Positions 1 to 15,479 of a stretch of 64,000 bases of DNA are shown piece by piece. The notes under the pieces are model-generated. The model searched no databases and was not told the DNA's origin. It saw only the letters and a program-made list of their open reading frames with translations. Position numbers and translations under genes: made by a program. The stretch spans positions 4,278,001 through 4,342,000 of the forward strand of contig OZ024756.1 of NCBI GenBank assembly GCA_964016885.1. Direction: 5' to 3'. How positions within the stretch are numbered: position 1 is the first letter of the stretch; each line of letters opens with the position of its first letter. This DNA comes from Eledone cirrhosa. Taxonomy: Eukaryota.

Positions 1-25
1 TATTACTTCTTTAATTTCTCAATCT

Positions 26-60
26 ATTTTCTGATGAAGAACTAGTCCGAAACGTTAAGA
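26..60 (+). ncRNA. Minimal degenerate hammerhead-like motif
   Basis: CTGATGA-AGAACTAGTCC-GAAACGTTA; one stem II mismatch, weak stem I. Confidence 0.4.
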
Positions 61-329
61 CACTTTTCATACTACATCAAGCGTAAAATTAATAATATAT
101 TTCTTCAATGTAGTGTTTCATTTGCTTTGTTAATTCTGTTTACCTTTTGCATATCTATCTAAACACACTATTTTTCAAAATTTTCTAGCGTCTGTAATAA
201 CGGTCTGTTCAATATATCCCTGGTAAGGTATACCTTGTGAAATTTCGAGTTTTGTTCCACATGCCGACTGTAAGCTAAAGTTAAAGGTTTATATTTCGGG
301 TATGTCACTATCTTATACATCAAATATTA

Positions 330-389
330 TATTTTATCTGATGAAAGCATACCATAATTTGGCATCCTTGAAATGCGTATAATAAAATA
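330..389 (+). ncRNA. Type I hammerhead ribozyme motif, same family as 21906
   Basis: TATTTTAT-CTGATGA-AAGCATACCA..TGGCATCCTT-GAAA-TGCGTA-TA-ATAAAATA. Confidence 0.7.
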
Positions 390-589
390 AATGTGATGCT
401 ATGCTGATATTTTCCATTTATTACTATTAATAATATATATATATATATATATATATAGGAACAAGTAAGACCCCTACGGCTGAGCTCAAGCCGTTTCGAC
501 TATTACCCACTCTACTACCCTAAGTATTGAGTACTTTGGTGCGTTTGGTGCGTTATGGTCCACCTGGTTCCTTACCACATTTCCTTCGT

Positions 590-717
<128 letters not shown>

Positions 718-746
718 AACCTGGTTCCTTACCACATTTCCTTCGT

Positions 747-804
<58 letters not shown>

Positions 805-1335
805 AAAGTTTACATATATATATACATACACATACATATACGTGTTTTGCCAGAAATAATAACAGAACACACTTACTGTTTCGCAGGTTTTCACTTCTAT
901 ATCTTTTATATCTCCATAGTTAATTCATTTGGTACTCAATGTTTATCATTGACTGACCAACGGTAAAAATACAGATATAATATAGATATAAACACATATA
1001 TATTGTCTAACAAAGTTCTTTCGTTGCACATCTGCAACATCATCAGTGGTACTATTATGTTCCTATATAAATGTGTGTGTGTGTATCGAATTTGAAGATG
1101 GCTAACTAACAACAACACGTACTTTCTACGTCGCCCTAATTTATAAACTCTCGTTTGCCTTCCTGTTTCTAATTTCCTCTCCGAAATATACTCCCTTTTC
1201 ACTCTCAAGTTATCTTCCACTGTATAAAATCGCCCGGAAAGTTAGGAGTCTTTTCAAAATGCAACAAACCCTTAAACTCATATATTAACATTCTGTTGTT
1301 TTGTTCTCCTTAGTTGTTTTTCTTTGTTGACTTTT

Positions 1336-1369
<34 letters not shown>

Positions 1370-1384
1370 AATATATATATATAT

Positions 1385-1440
<56 letters not shown>

Positions 1441-1510
1441 GTATATATGCATATATATATGTATATGTATATATATATCTATATATATATATATACATAT
1501 ACATATATGT

Positions 1511-1730
1511 GAAGGCGTGTGGCTGAGTGGTTAGAGAATTGGATTCGCAATCGTAAGGTTGTGAGTTCGATTCCTGGACCAGGAATCGATGCCTTATGTC
1601 CTTGAGCAAGACACTTTACTTCACGTTGCTCCTTCTACCTGGAGTTGCGACCGATAGATAGTATTAGCAATTGGAAAGACCAACGGAAACATTGTTCCCT
1701 CGGTCCGATTTGACGAAAGTCGATCGTTCC
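1511..1730 (+). mobile_element. tRNA-derived SINE (paralog at 63117-63325)
   Basis: A box TGGCTGAGTGG, B box GTTCGATTCC, GTCCTTGAGCAAGACACTT central motif; inserted in (TA)n. Confidence 0.8.
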
Positions 1731-1991
1731 TATATATATATATATATATATAGATATATATATAGATATATAGTCCAACCCTTGCAAGCAGGGAAAAGCG
1801 GACGTAAAATGAAATGATGATGAATGATGATATATATCCAGGGAGTGTAACTTGGAGTTACTGTAGGTTCACCCGGGTGAGCAATCGATGTTTAGGTTCA
1901 CTTCTGTGATGAGGTGTAGAGCTATACAGAGTGTATTATAGTGAAAAGTTAACAAGGACGATTGGTTACTCCTTTATTACATTTATTAGTC

Positions 1992-2077
1992 GGTCACGCG
2001 CGTTTCGTCACTGATCAGCTCAAGGTTCGATCTGTCTCGATCTGACCCGACTCTGTAAACCGTGGCTCGTCAGACCC
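1992..2077 (-). ncRNA. Hammerhead-like motif with degenerate cleavage triplet (GUG)
   Basis: Minus: GGT-CTGACGA-GCCAC...GTGAC-GAAA-CGCGCG-TG-ACC. Confidence 0.55.
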
Positions 2078-2087
2078 CTTGTAATGG

Positions 2088-2139
<52 letters not shown>

Positions 2140-2313
2140 CCATTACAATATATGCATATATATTGATTTTATCTTTTAATATGAATATAATCTCTAAATG
2201 TGTACTGCCACACTAAATGCTGTAATGGATGTTGACCCACAATATTTGCATATGTATCTGTATGTCTCTTTGGTTGAAAAGGAGGTCATATAAGTGTTCA
2301 TTCAATAATAAAT

Positions 2314-2360
2314 TGCTCCGAAGAATCCAAACCTCGGTTTGGAGAAAACAGTTGTAAGCA
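2314..2360 (+). ncRNA. Hammerhead-like motif with a U4C core change
   Basis: TGCT-CCGAAGA-A-TCCAAACC-TC-GGTTTGGA-GAAAACAGTTGTA-AGCA; stems I and II perfect. Confidence 0.55.
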
Positions 2361-2570
2361 TAAAAATGTTTTGAACAGTTCTTTGATTCTTATAATTCAT
2401 ATATATATATGCATGCATATATATATAGATATATGTGTGTATGTATGTATATATGTATGTGCGAGTGTATCTATTGATATGAGGTGATGGTGAGAGGGGG
2501 GAAGGTTCTGGGATAAAAATAAATTATACTTATATTTACTAGTTTGTAAACATCTGTGCAAATTTGCACA

Positions 2571-3227
2571 TCTATATATATAAAACTGTGGTTGTCTGTC
2601 TGTCTATCGATTTTTGGCACACATCTCCTCTTAGAATCTCGCACGGAATTGCACCGAAATTGCTATACTTGTACATTGAGCCCTAGCGAAGACAACGGAA
2701 AAAAAAAATTTCAAATTGACCCACCCTATGTGACGAAATCGAATCTAATGTATCGATTTTTGAGCGTAAGTGACGAGTTATTTCCCTTTGTTCTGTTTAC
2801 ATTGAGCGAAATTAAAAAAATTACGCTGGCTTTCTCAGCGTTTAAAATGACATTAACACAATACACGAACAGTTGTCGAGCCAGCAAAATTTTGACCTGC
2901 AAAATTCATCAGTTCGAACACTAAGCTTCCGTTTTGCTTCATTTCCATTTAAAAGCCTTTTAAAACAATATTTTTACTTGAAAACAAGTCTATTTAAAGA
3001 CTACGTAAAACAAGCAAATATTTCCTCTTTTGTTATAACATTCGGGTTATCGTTATGTTTTCTTAACTTCATAAGGCATATTGTTGGTTGAGGGAATATT
3101 AATCAAAAACACCACATGCAAGTCTGCACAGTAGACACTACAGTTTTTAAGCCAAAAAAGAAACTTAACATTGTAACTTTAACACAGCTACTGAGCGACC
3201 CCGAGCAACGCCGGGCTTTACTGCTAG
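2571..3227 (+). mobile_element. Non-autonomous Helitron
   Basis: A|TCTATATATATAAAA 5' end, subterminal hairpin CCCGAGCAACGCCGGG, CTAG|T 3' end, no TSD. Confidence 0.85.
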
Positions 3228-3280
3228 TATTATATAAAAATGCATCCACAATTTCACACAGATAAATGTGTGCTCATACA

Positions 3281-3345
<65 letters not shown>

Positions 3346-3456
3346 TAAAATAACAGATTAAAGTTTAAGCAAAGAATCGCTGTATATATATATACACTTA
3401 TACATATATATATATTTGTCACGCACATATATTCATACATATATGTATATATATAT

Positions 3457-4313
<857 letters not shown>

Positions 4314-4501
4314 GATATATTAACAAATGGAAACTATATTTATGAAACCATATTTATTTCATTATACATATTTCAAGGACACCAAATCAAATTATACCAT
4401 TTGTTATTATATCGTATTTTTACTCCAATAATTTGTTGAGTGCTTTATATCAGTTATAAAAATATTTGCTTGTTGTATCCCAACAATTTAAATAGAACTT
4501 C

Positions 4502-4581
<80 letters not shown>

Positions 4582-5201
4582 AAGAGAGAGAGAGAGAGAA
4601 ATAAAGAGAGAGATTTTGGGAGAGACAGAGGGAGATACATCTCACTCTGTATATATATGTATGGGTGAGTAGGGGAATGTGCGCGTGTGATTCTGTGTGT
4701 GTACATGTCTGCTTTTGATTCTGTGTGTGGGGGGTGATGGGGGCGGGGGGTGACAGAGAGGTTTATAAACAGCCATGTAAATCTATTTTAATGAAAAAGC
4801 GCCCCCCCCCCCCCCAAAAAAAAAATAAAACTATAGAGTAAGAAACTCAACAAAAACTTCAACAACAACAAGAAAAAGTCCAAACATGGGTGGTCCTTGT
4901 TAGAGGGAAGAGGAAGCAATCTCAGGTATGTTAAAAATACCTCCCTTGGGAGGGGTTTCTATATACATTACGACAGGGTGTATTATTTGTTGCATTATCA
5001 TCCTGATAGAACCTAGCAAATAATTCTATAAGCGGCCTGCTTCGAGGTTATCGTTGAGACGAGACTTGGTCTTTTTACTTCTTAATGTTTCGTTGTTTAA
5101 AAAAAAAAAGATCTTTCTCAACGTACTTATGATTCTATCTAGCTATCTAGCTATCTATCTATCTAGATATCTAGCTATCTATCTAGCTATCTATCTATCT
5201 A

Positions 5202-5529
5202 CCTTCTTTAGGTACCACTTTAGAAGAAGAATCAGTAAATTTAATGAAAAAAAGCCCGAGTGATTGGGCCTTCTCTGTATATAAACCTGTAGGTTGAAGA
5301 TGAGAGCAAAAGAAAGAAAGGAACACGTACACAACACGCTCTTGAAGTTGAGGGTTGTTCTATCTCCGGGGTATTAAACAACCCATTTGTAACGCCTCCC
5401 CCCTATTGGGGATTTCGGTTGTTAAATTTGTTTGTTTGAATAATTTTTTTACACGACTCTATGTAAAATCCCCGGCATGTGTCTTGTATTGTCCCTTTTC
5501 TTGTGCGCCCTTGTGGTTAATAAAGAAAT
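5202..5529 (+). mobile_element. Short 3' fragment of Tx1-like subfamily B
   Basis: Matches the reverse complement of about 34470-34740 (GCCCGAGTGATTGGGCCTTCTCTGTATATAA..., CAACCCATTTGTAACGCC). TATC/TAGC repeats on both sides. Confidence 0.82.
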
Positions 5530-5656
5530 ATATCTATCTAACTATCTAGCCAGCTAGCTATCTATATCTCTGTGTATCTATCTATCTATCTAGCTATAAA
5601 TTTACCTATCTATCTATCCATCCATCTATCTATTTATCTATCTATCTATCTGTCTA

Positions 5657-5715
<59 letters not shown>

Positions 5716-5717
<2 letters not shown>

Positions 5718-5885
5718 ATTGTTTCAACTTTTGGTACAAGGCCAGCAATTATCCAGTGCATTACTGGTACTTTATTTTATCGACCTTGTAAGGATGAAAG
5801 GCAAAGTTAACCCCGCTGAGATTTGAACTCAGAATGGCAAGGGCCGTAACTCTATACGTCAAAGCATGGCGTCCGACCCTCTAAT
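5716..5885 (-). mobile_element. Abundant tRNA-derived SINE (Meta-domain-like)
   Basis: GGTACTTTATTTTATCGACC..AAGGATGAAAGGCAAAG..GATTTGAACTC. Confidence 0.75.
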
Positions 5886-5987
5886 AAATTTGAGAGACGG
5901 TTTTATTCATGCATCTTCATTTTATTATCTAATTCATTATACGTATTTCAAAGTTACAAAGGCAGTTATATATATATACATACACAC

Positions 5988-6037
<50 letters not shown>

Positions 6038-6636
6038 GCTATGTAAAGTTATGCAGCTTATAAAGGTTACTGTAAAGATCCCCGTCACAGAGCACCATAC
6101 TGACATTTTATATGAGTTATAAAACACGTTAGGTATTCGAGGCGTTTAAAGGTTCGGTCCCGTTCAACTGCTTTAGGAATATGTAGACATATGTAGGCAT
6201 TAAAAAGGTCAACATATGTCTACATATAAGAATATGTAGACATTAGAAAAGGTTAGAATTATTATTTAATTTGTTCGTTAGATGTTGTATTGCTAAAAGA
6301 CGAGAAGTCGCCGTACTTGCCGTCTCTTTCATGCTGCGAAATTCTTCACACGTCATTCCTTTTTCTATTGTGGTGCTGTTCACAGTATATATCCCAACAC
6401 CCCAACCCTTTAACACAATTCGTGTAAAAAAAATATAGAAATGGCATCCCAAGAGAGAGACAAATTCTCATTAGGAGAATCAAAAGTTTACATAAATAAA
6501 TTAATTACATAAAATACAACTAACAACGAACGTTTACTGTTGACGACAGCAATAACAAACCTGGAATGACGAAATAAGAAACATCGTCTCCAGAACAATA
6601 TAGAAACTATACAGAGCTGTATTATTAGAGATTTAC

Positions 6637-6829
6637 GGGCGGTGGATTGGCAGTTTCGGTAGAGGGTCGGACGCTGTTTTGACGCATAGAGTTACGGCCC
6701 TTGCCATTCTCAGTTCAAATCCCGTCGAGATTAACTTTGCCTTTCATCCTTACGTGGTCGATAAAATAAAGTACCAGTAATGCACTGGGGTAATTGCTGG
6801 CCTTGTGCCAAAAGTAGAAACAATTATTA
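6637..6829 (+). mobile_element. Abundant tRNA-derived SINE, near full length
   Basis: GGCGGTGGATTGGCAG..GTTCAAATCCC..TTTGCCTTTCATCCTTACG..GATAAAATAAAGTACCAG..GTAGAAACAATTATT. Confidence 0.8.
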
Positions 6830-7089
6830 AAGATTTACTTCACAGCAATACAGTTGCTACCCTTTCCGAACCATCTTTGGAGTTTCGAGACACGCAAACT
6901 TTCTTCGTCCATCCCCATGTCTCCCAGGACAGGTCGCAGGCCCATCGCCTGTTCTTGCGAAATGAAATGGAGACTGCAATATATTTTTCGATCTGTCCAG
7001 AAAACTCCCACTGAATATAAGGTCTTTACAATATTTTCTGTAGACTCATAAATGCAGCATTTTATTGTATTCTTACTCAGAGAAATAAC

Positions 7090-7515
7090 CTTAGGGATAC
7101 AATCGTGAATACAAGTGGCCGAAATTGGGTATTCTCTGAAAGGTCTTTGGAGTAACGTTACTCGATAGAGAGCGTAGCTTGGAGATCAGAAAGTCGCTCC
7201 AGGTAGAGCCGCTACTTCTCCAAATTGAGAGATCACCGCCCCGATAATATGGGTATGTGGTTAGAATGTCTCATTGGACATATTTTACTGGTAAAACTAA
7301 CCAGCAGGAAACCCAGAGGTAGACCCCGAGTAAAAATGGTTGGATAACATCCATGAGCTTGGCTGGTCTTACTTGTTGGTGACGGTTGATTCTCACAGGG
7401 CCCGCTTGAAGGTGTGTCTGAGGACTCTGACCCCACGACCCTCTCAGAAGAAGAAGAAGAAGAAGAAGAAGAAGAAGAAGAAGAAGAAGAAGAAGAAGAA
7501 GAAGAAGAAGAAGAA
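7090..7515 (+). mobile_element. RTE-class LINE 3' fragment with (GAA)n tail
   Basis: Degenerate GVTLLDR..EIRKSLQVEPLLLQIERS..RKPRGRP..WLDNIHELGW; paralog at 17375-17776. Confidence 0.78.
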
Positions 7516-7904
7516 AGTTTCTAATTCCATGCCACTTCATCACACTTATTGGGGGAAATATTTTCTGCCATCAACTTAACCATAAATCTTTTGAGTGAAA
7601 TTTGTTTGATGACAATTGTGGGTAAGTTTCGTTGGTTTTCAATGAGGATCTTGTTGATACAATACAATAGGTCTTGAGTGTGTGTCATGTTCTTGATATA
7701 GTGGGTTGGGGCAAGGTTTCCAACAGCTAAATCTCAAAATGATTGCTACAGAAAACATTCCGTTCCAAGGAAGAATATGGCGAAACATCTCTCTAACGAA
7801 GCCGGACAATCCTGACTCCAACATTAGTCAGATGATATTTGACAATTAAATCCCTTTCCCTGTTTCTCCCTCTCTCCCGCACTCCCCTCTCTCTCTCTTT
7901 GTCT

Positions 7905-8040
<136 letters not shown>

Positions 8041-8178
8041 ACTCATATTTAATATAGAAAGGGCTTCTACAGGACTAGAATTGCTTCATTCATATGAAAT
8101 CATCAGGGCATTCCGGATGATTTTGTACGGATGAAATAGTTCTAGTCATGTAGAAGCCCTTTCTATATTAAATATGAG
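8041..8178. repeat. Inverted repeat with degenerate hammerhead-like cores
   Basis: CTCATATTTAATATAGAAAGGGCTTCTACA / TGTAGAAGCCCTTTCTATATTAAATATGAG; CTGATGA on the minus strand at about 8100-8106. Confidence 0.75.
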
Positions 8179-9004
8179 ATATATGTGAAATATGATGTTC
8201 ACACTCTACTAATGTATTGAGTACTTTATTAACTGAGGTCATCCCCGATTTAACTCGGCATCAGCATATATATATATATAATACGGACCCCGTCTAAACA
8301 CTTCTCCCTAAGACGAATCCACAACATACACACGTCAACATACATACCTACATCAGCATACATCCTACATACATCTCTATCCACAAATAAACACAATGAC
8401 ATACGTAAACACACATGTTCTATGGTGCAACACAAATATACACAAATTTGCATACCATATAGATATAAACGTGCCGACACACACACATACATATACGCAC
8501 ACATGCATTGCACACTGATGGGCACATACATATTTGTACACAAGTATTCCAATACGGCAAGGCCTAATGGATTCCCCTTGTAGTACGTACAATCTGGACA
8601 CTCACACACACCTTGGTCTTATGCCAATACTATATATCATTTCACACCTTTTATTATTAAGGTTTTTGATGTTCTATTGAGAGAATCGTTTTTACTGAAA
8701 ATATCGAATAATGTACACCATTTTTACCAGTATCACAAAAATACTGGTCCACCCACACACACACACATATATACACACACACACACATATATATACACAC
8801 ACACACATATATACACACACACATAAACACGCGTACATTAACATACAAAGAGACATATACACACACACACACACACTTCTCCGTATAAGACAAGAGCTGA
8901 AAAATATCTTTTAACATGTTAAAATATCCTCCACACACGTACAGACACATTCCTACTGACCGATCCTCTACCACGAATTACTCTGCTACACACACACACA
9001 CACA

Positions 9005-9058
<54 letters not shown>

Positions 9059-9556
9059 TCTTGATAGGCATTTGAACTGTCAGCAGGCTGCGGTTCACAC
9101 ACACATCCCTGCTGACCATTATCACAACAACGAACCTCTTTACTACTACTACTACTACACACACACACACACACACACATATTTGTCTTGAAAGACTTAT
9201 TTTTCAGTGACTTCTCAATCAGCCGAGACAAACCTACATTTGGCGCAAAATCAATTTTTAACATTTACATGACCTCTACCGACCAATAAAAATTGTTTTG
9301 ACCACAAGAATTTTTTCATACATCTGGAGCCACTTTTTTTACATAAAACAGGTAGAATTTCCAAAACTAATCAGATTAGAGCAAACACCACGGGCGCTCT
9401 ATCTCAAAATTATTTTTGAAAAGCATTAGAAATGCGCAACCTGTAAAACTTAAAACCAAAACTGAATACTAACCAATACTATTACTAATTTTTACTTATT
9501 CCTAATTAAACTATTTTTCACTGGGAACAATTTGTCAGCATTTTCGTTTCCTTTTA

Positions 9557-9671
<115 letters not shown>

Positions 9672-9981
9672 AGAGGGAGTCACAAACATTACTTATATAT
9701 ATACCCTCATACAAACATATGTATGTATAAGCAAATATATTTACGCCTACACACCTACTCATGCATACATGCATAAATGTATGTGTGTGTGTGTTCGCGA
9801 ACGCATGTGTGCGTTAAACAGGGAGAAAGAGTGAGGGAGAAAGACTGATAAAGAGGTAGAGAGAGAAAAAGAGCGAGAGAGAGGGAGAGAGAGAAATAAT
9901 GAGGTAGAGAGAGGGAAAGAAAGTGAGAAAGAGAGGGAGATAGCGAGGTAGAGAGAGAGAGCGGGAGAAAAAGCGAGAGAA

Positions 9982-10428
9982 AGAGAAGTGACACGCACCC
10001 CCACACGTCTTCTCACACAGACACCTATAGCGAGAGTGAGATGTAGAGAGAGAGAGAGTGAGGTAGAGAGGTAGAGAAAGAGAGAAAGAGAGAAGTGACA
10101 GCACCCCCACATGTCTTCTCACACAGACACCTATAGTGAGAGAGAGAGAGAGAGTGAGGTAGAGAGGTAGAGAAAGAGTGAGAGAGAAGTGACAGCACCC
10201 CCCACACGTCTTCTCACACAGACTCCTATAGCGAGAGAAGAGGTTGAGAGAGAGGTAGAGAGAGAGATAGAAAGAGAAAAGAGAGAGAGAAGAGACATTA
10301 CCCCCCACACGTCTTCTCACACAGACACCTATATATATATATAGAGAGAGAGAGGTAGAGAGAGAGAGAAGTGACAGCACCCCACCCCCCACACACACAC
10401 ACTCCACACGTCTTCTCACACAGACACC

Positions 10429-10467
<39 letters not shown>

Positions 10468-10600
10468 GTGACAGCACCCCTCCCCCACACGTCTTCTCAC
10501 ACAGACTCCTATATATATATAGAGAGAGAGAGAGCGGGGTAGAGAGAGAGAGAAGTGACAGCAGCCCCCCCCCCCCACGTCTTCTCACACATACACCTAA

Positions 10601-10633
<33 letters not shown>

Positions 10634-10688
10634 AGTGACAGCACACACCCCCTACACACACACACACACGTCTTCTCACACAGACTCC

Positions 10689-10719
<31 letters not shown>

Positions 10720-10909
10720 GTAAAGAGAGAGAGAAGTGACAGCACCCCCACCTCACCCCCACACACACACGTCTTCTCACACAGACTCCTATAGCGAGAG
10801 TGAGATGTAGAGAGAGAGAGAGAGAGAGAGAGAGTGAGATGTAGAGAGAGAGAAGTGACAGCACCCCCACCTCACCCCCCACACACACACGTCTTCTCAC
10901 ACAGACTCC

Positions 10910-10957
<48 letters not shown>

Positions 10958-11122
10958 GAGAAGTGACAGCACCCCCCCCCCCCACACACACACACACACG
11001 TCTTCTCACACAGACTCCTATATATATATATATAGAGAGAGAGAGAGGTAGAGAGAGAGAGAAGTGACAGCACCCCCACCTCACCCCCCCCCCCCACACA
11101 CACGTCTTCTCACACAGACTCC

Positions 11123-11178
<56 letters not shown>

Positions 11179-11340
11179 GAGAAGTGACAGCACCCCCCAC
11201 ACACACACACACGTCTTCTCACACAGACTCCTATATATATATATATAGAGAGAGAGAGAGGTAGAGAGAGAGAGAATTGACAGCACCCCCACCTCACCCC
11301 CCACACACACACGTCTTCTCACACAGACTCCTATAGCGAG
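9982..11340. repeat. Compound minisatellite, about 14 units of 80-120 bp
   Basis: Fixed AGAAGTGACAGCACCCC and CACGTCTTCTCACACAGAC(T/A)CC motifs separated by variable (CA)n, (TA)n, (GA)n. Confidence 0.9.
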
Positions 11341-11639
11341 AGAAACAGATGTTGTCTTGCTGCAGAACTAGAACAACTGAGGAGTTAGAACTCACTAGAA
11401 TGTTTTTCCCACCATCTGGAACTAACTACACATCCATGTGTTTCCTCATCTGGTCAGATCTTGCAGTGGTTTAAACCTAAGGACCCTCGTATTTCCTATC
11501 AGCTCTCTCTCTTTTTCTCATCTGATCTCCCTTGGAGTTTAGAGCCTGGATGTGGGTTGGTGTGTGGGGTGTGAGCGGGGTCTTGGGGGTGCGAGGGGTG
11601 AGGATGTGATGGGGGGGGGGCGTCGCATAAATATGTAAA

Positions 11640-12025
11640 AACAACAAAAGTTCAACAACAACAACAATATCACGAAGAAGGACAATGACAATAATACTAA
11701 CATTAACGATGGCGGCGACAACAACAACAACAACAACAACAACGACGACGACAACAGCAACAACAATAACATCAACATCAACAACAACAACAACGACAAC
11801 AGCAACAAAAACAACAACAATAACATCAACATCAACAACAACAACAACGACAACAGCAACAACAACAACAACAATAAAAACAACACTTCAACATCAACAA
11901 GGACAATGACAATAATATCAACATAAACGATGGTGAGGACAACACAAACAAAAACAACAACAACAACAACAACAAGGACAACAACAACATCAATGACAAC
12001 AACAGCAACAACAGCAACAACATCA

Positions 12026-12064
<39 letters not shown>

Positions 12065-12107
12065 GCAATATCAACAACATCAACAACAACAACAACAACA
12101 GCAACAT

Positions 12108-12139
<32 letters not shown>

Positions 12140-12248
12140 AGGACAACAACAACAACAACAACAGCAACATCAACATCAACATCAACAACAACAACAACAA
12201 CAACAAGGACAACAACAACATCAATGGCAACAACAACAGCATCAACAG

Positions 12249-12283
<35 letters not shown>

Positions 12284-12320
12284 GCAACGTCAACAACAAC
12301 AACAACAACAACGACTACCA
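11640..12320. repeat. (ACA)n-type trinucleotide array
   Basis: Direct reading. Confidence 0.9.
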
Positions 12321-12712
12321 TAAAACATTCTACCTGACTTTCAAACGACAGATCTACCATTCTACAACACGTTCTAATACATTATACATATTTCCATAGT
12401 ATTATGTTGGTTACAACCTTTATAGAGTTGGCCCTTATTTAGCAGTCCATTCCATCCATTAGTCTCGACATGGAGGTACAAAGGTTGTTTGGCAATGGTG
12501 GCTCTACCGTCTTATCAATATCCTTTAGTCGTAACACACAGGGGTAGATTTGATCGACTTTCCCCGTCCATCATAATTGTTGAGCTTGTCCCTAAATCAG
12601 AAGCCATTACCCTGTAGTCGTTTAGGTGTTGAAATATTTTCCATCTCAGGGTAACGTTGGCGAATCAGAATCCGCCGCCAGGGGGAAGATGGTATCGTTA
12701 ACCTACAATTTA

Positions 12713-13705
12713 ATAATGGTTTCTAATTTAGGCACAAGGCCAACAATTTTAGACGAGGGGAAAGTCGATTAAATCGACCCCAGTGTATTACTGGTACTTT
12801 ATTTTATCGAGCCAGTAAGGCGAGATTTGAACGCAGACCGTAAAGGGACGTACCTCTATGCTGAAAAGCCCGTCACCGTAGTTCAAAATAATTGTTTCTA
12901 CTTTTGGCACAAGACCAGCAATTACCTCAGTACATTACTGGTACTTTATTTTATCGACCCTGTGAGGATGAAAGGCAAAGTTAACCTCGGCGGGATTTGA
13001 ACTCAGACCATAAAGGGCCGTAACTCTATGCTGCAAAGCATGGCGTGCGACCCTCTACCGATACCGCCAATTCACTCAAAATAATTGCTTCTACTTTTAG
13101 GGACAAGGCCAGCAATTACCCAGTACATTACTGGTACTTTATTTTATCGACCCCGTAAGGATGAAAGGCAAAGTTAACCTCGGCGGGATTTGAACTCAGA
13201 ATGGCAAGGGCCGTAACAAAGCATGGCGTCCGACCCTCTACCGTCAAAATAATGAATAGATTTCTGTGTCAGTATTGTAACAACAATAACAAAAACAACA
13301 ATGTCAATATTAACACAACAGTGATTCTTGATAAAGGACCTAAATTTCAACGATTCATAGACGAGAATGTGAGGATTACATAGACGTTACTCCGCTACCC
13401 GCCGACAAAATAAAGTACCAGTAATACACTGAGGTTATGGCTGGCCTTGTGCCAAAAGTAGAAACATTTATTATTATAATACAATGCATTGTATTTAATG
13501 GAGTAAAAAAAAAGGTGGTAGATTAACAGTATCGGTAGAGTGTCAGATGCCATTATTTGTAGCATAGAGTTATGGCCCTTTACGTTCCGAGTTCAAATCC
13601 TGCCGAGGTTAACTTTGCCTTTAATCCTTCCGAGGTTGATAAAATAAAGCACCAGTAATGTACTAGGGTAATTCCTGGCCTTGTGCCAAAAGTAGAAATA
13701 TTTAT
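12713..13705. mobile_element. SINE cluster: 3 minus copies (12713-13245) and 2 plus copies (13405-13705)
   Basis: Repeated family core on both strands. Confidence 0.75.
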
Positions 13706-14856
13706 ATTTAAATAACATTAGTTCTATAAAAAGAGAGACATATTCCAGTTGAATCTAGGGAGCTCTTCTATCCCTGTTTTCTATTCAAGTGGAACGACAT
13801 CGTTTAGAATTCAGAATATGACTGGAGTATGTTGATGTCTTTCTGTGAGAATAAGATCTGCGTTCTTCAGATCGACAATCTCGGGAAAATAAAAAGACTT
13901 CTAAAGACTTCGAAGTTAGATTCCCCAGATGCAATATGATTGTATATAAAACTCTTTAAAATCTAAGAATGTATGTAATTCGAAGGCTGCGACAATGCTA
14001 AAGTTGTGGTAGAATTTAAGACAAAAGAGGGCCACAAAGGTGCTCTGTGTTACCTGTTCTTTAAAATCTATATACTGACAGTGTTATTTGGTATTGTGCA
14101 AGCCAAGGGGCCAATGACATATATCGGACAATTCCTATTTCAACGTCTATCGTTTTTGCATATTTAATAATAGTTCCAGCACAGCACAGAAATGAGGCCT
14201 TATATTTATAAAAATATGTCAGTTGATATAGGCATATAATGCACCATTCTCTGTATTTCAGCACAGACCTTATCGTATATACATGCACGGAACGATATTG
14301 TTCCACATCTGTGCAATAAACGTTTTTACATATGTGTACCACACGCATTAAATTCTGCATACATATGTACGCAAGAACTTTTGTATACGCGTCTAGAATT
14401 TCCCTCGTTGAATATTTGGGGACTCATACACGTAACTATCTAAAGATTTCAGTTGGAAGATTGGGGAAGGCTGCTTGTAATGTGTTAAGATTTCCCAATT
14501 CTCAAGTAACTCAACAACATAGCTAGGTATGTTAAAGTACTTTGTAGTATAAACGAGATAAGCCTGAAGCAAACAGCTGTTAAAATGCGTAAGTGTTCGT
14601 CTGTCGATTCGCTTAATGTTTTCAGTGAGAAAAAAAAAGAATGAAAAAACAAAACAAGTTTTGGTAACCGCGGAAGCAGCAGTATTCCAAATATCAAGTC
14701 TCTCCAGAGACATGGAATAGAGTTTCACATATTTCATACTGCAAGACAAGGAAACATATATAAGCACAAAGACAGCCAAACATACGAAAACACATAGACC
14801 CAAATATTCCCACATACACACATCCATCCATATATACATATATATATATATACATA

Positions 14857-14914
<58 letters not shown>

Positions 14915-14927
14915 CGTGCATATATAC

Positions 14928-14966
<39 letters not shown>

Positions 14967-15299
14967 GTCACATATGTAAACGCAATCAGGCAAACACACA
15001 TAGTGACATACATGCGCACAAACTCCTGTTTATATATATACGTGTATATATATATATATATATATAAATATATATATATATACATACATATATATATGTG
15101 TGGGGGTGTGTGTGTATACATACTATACATACATATAGGCAATTACAAGCTTTTATATAGTATATAGGTAAAACACAATAAACAGTAGATAATTAAAGTA
15201 CGTTTTTATACATAATTATATATTCATATCATTGTAGCTTACAACCCTTCAAACATAAGCAGAACCACATAAACATATGGGTGAATGTGTACACACATA

Positions 15300-15354
<55 letters not shown>

Positions 15355-15369
15355 CGTGTGTGCGCGTGC

Positions 15370-15407
<38 letters not shown>

Positions 15408-15479
15408 GTGTATGTCTGTGTGTCTCTGTTTGTCTGTGTGTGTATATAAAAAGGGAACAACTTTTTTTCAATCATGATA

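Noticed and set aside
1511-1580. tRNA gene (also at 22594, 63117 and other SINE heads)
   Set aside because: A and B boxes are present but no complete cloverleaf, and each continues into a SINE body.
9982-11340. Repeat-spacer pattern as CRISPR-like
   Set aside because: Spacers are only microsatellites of varying length.
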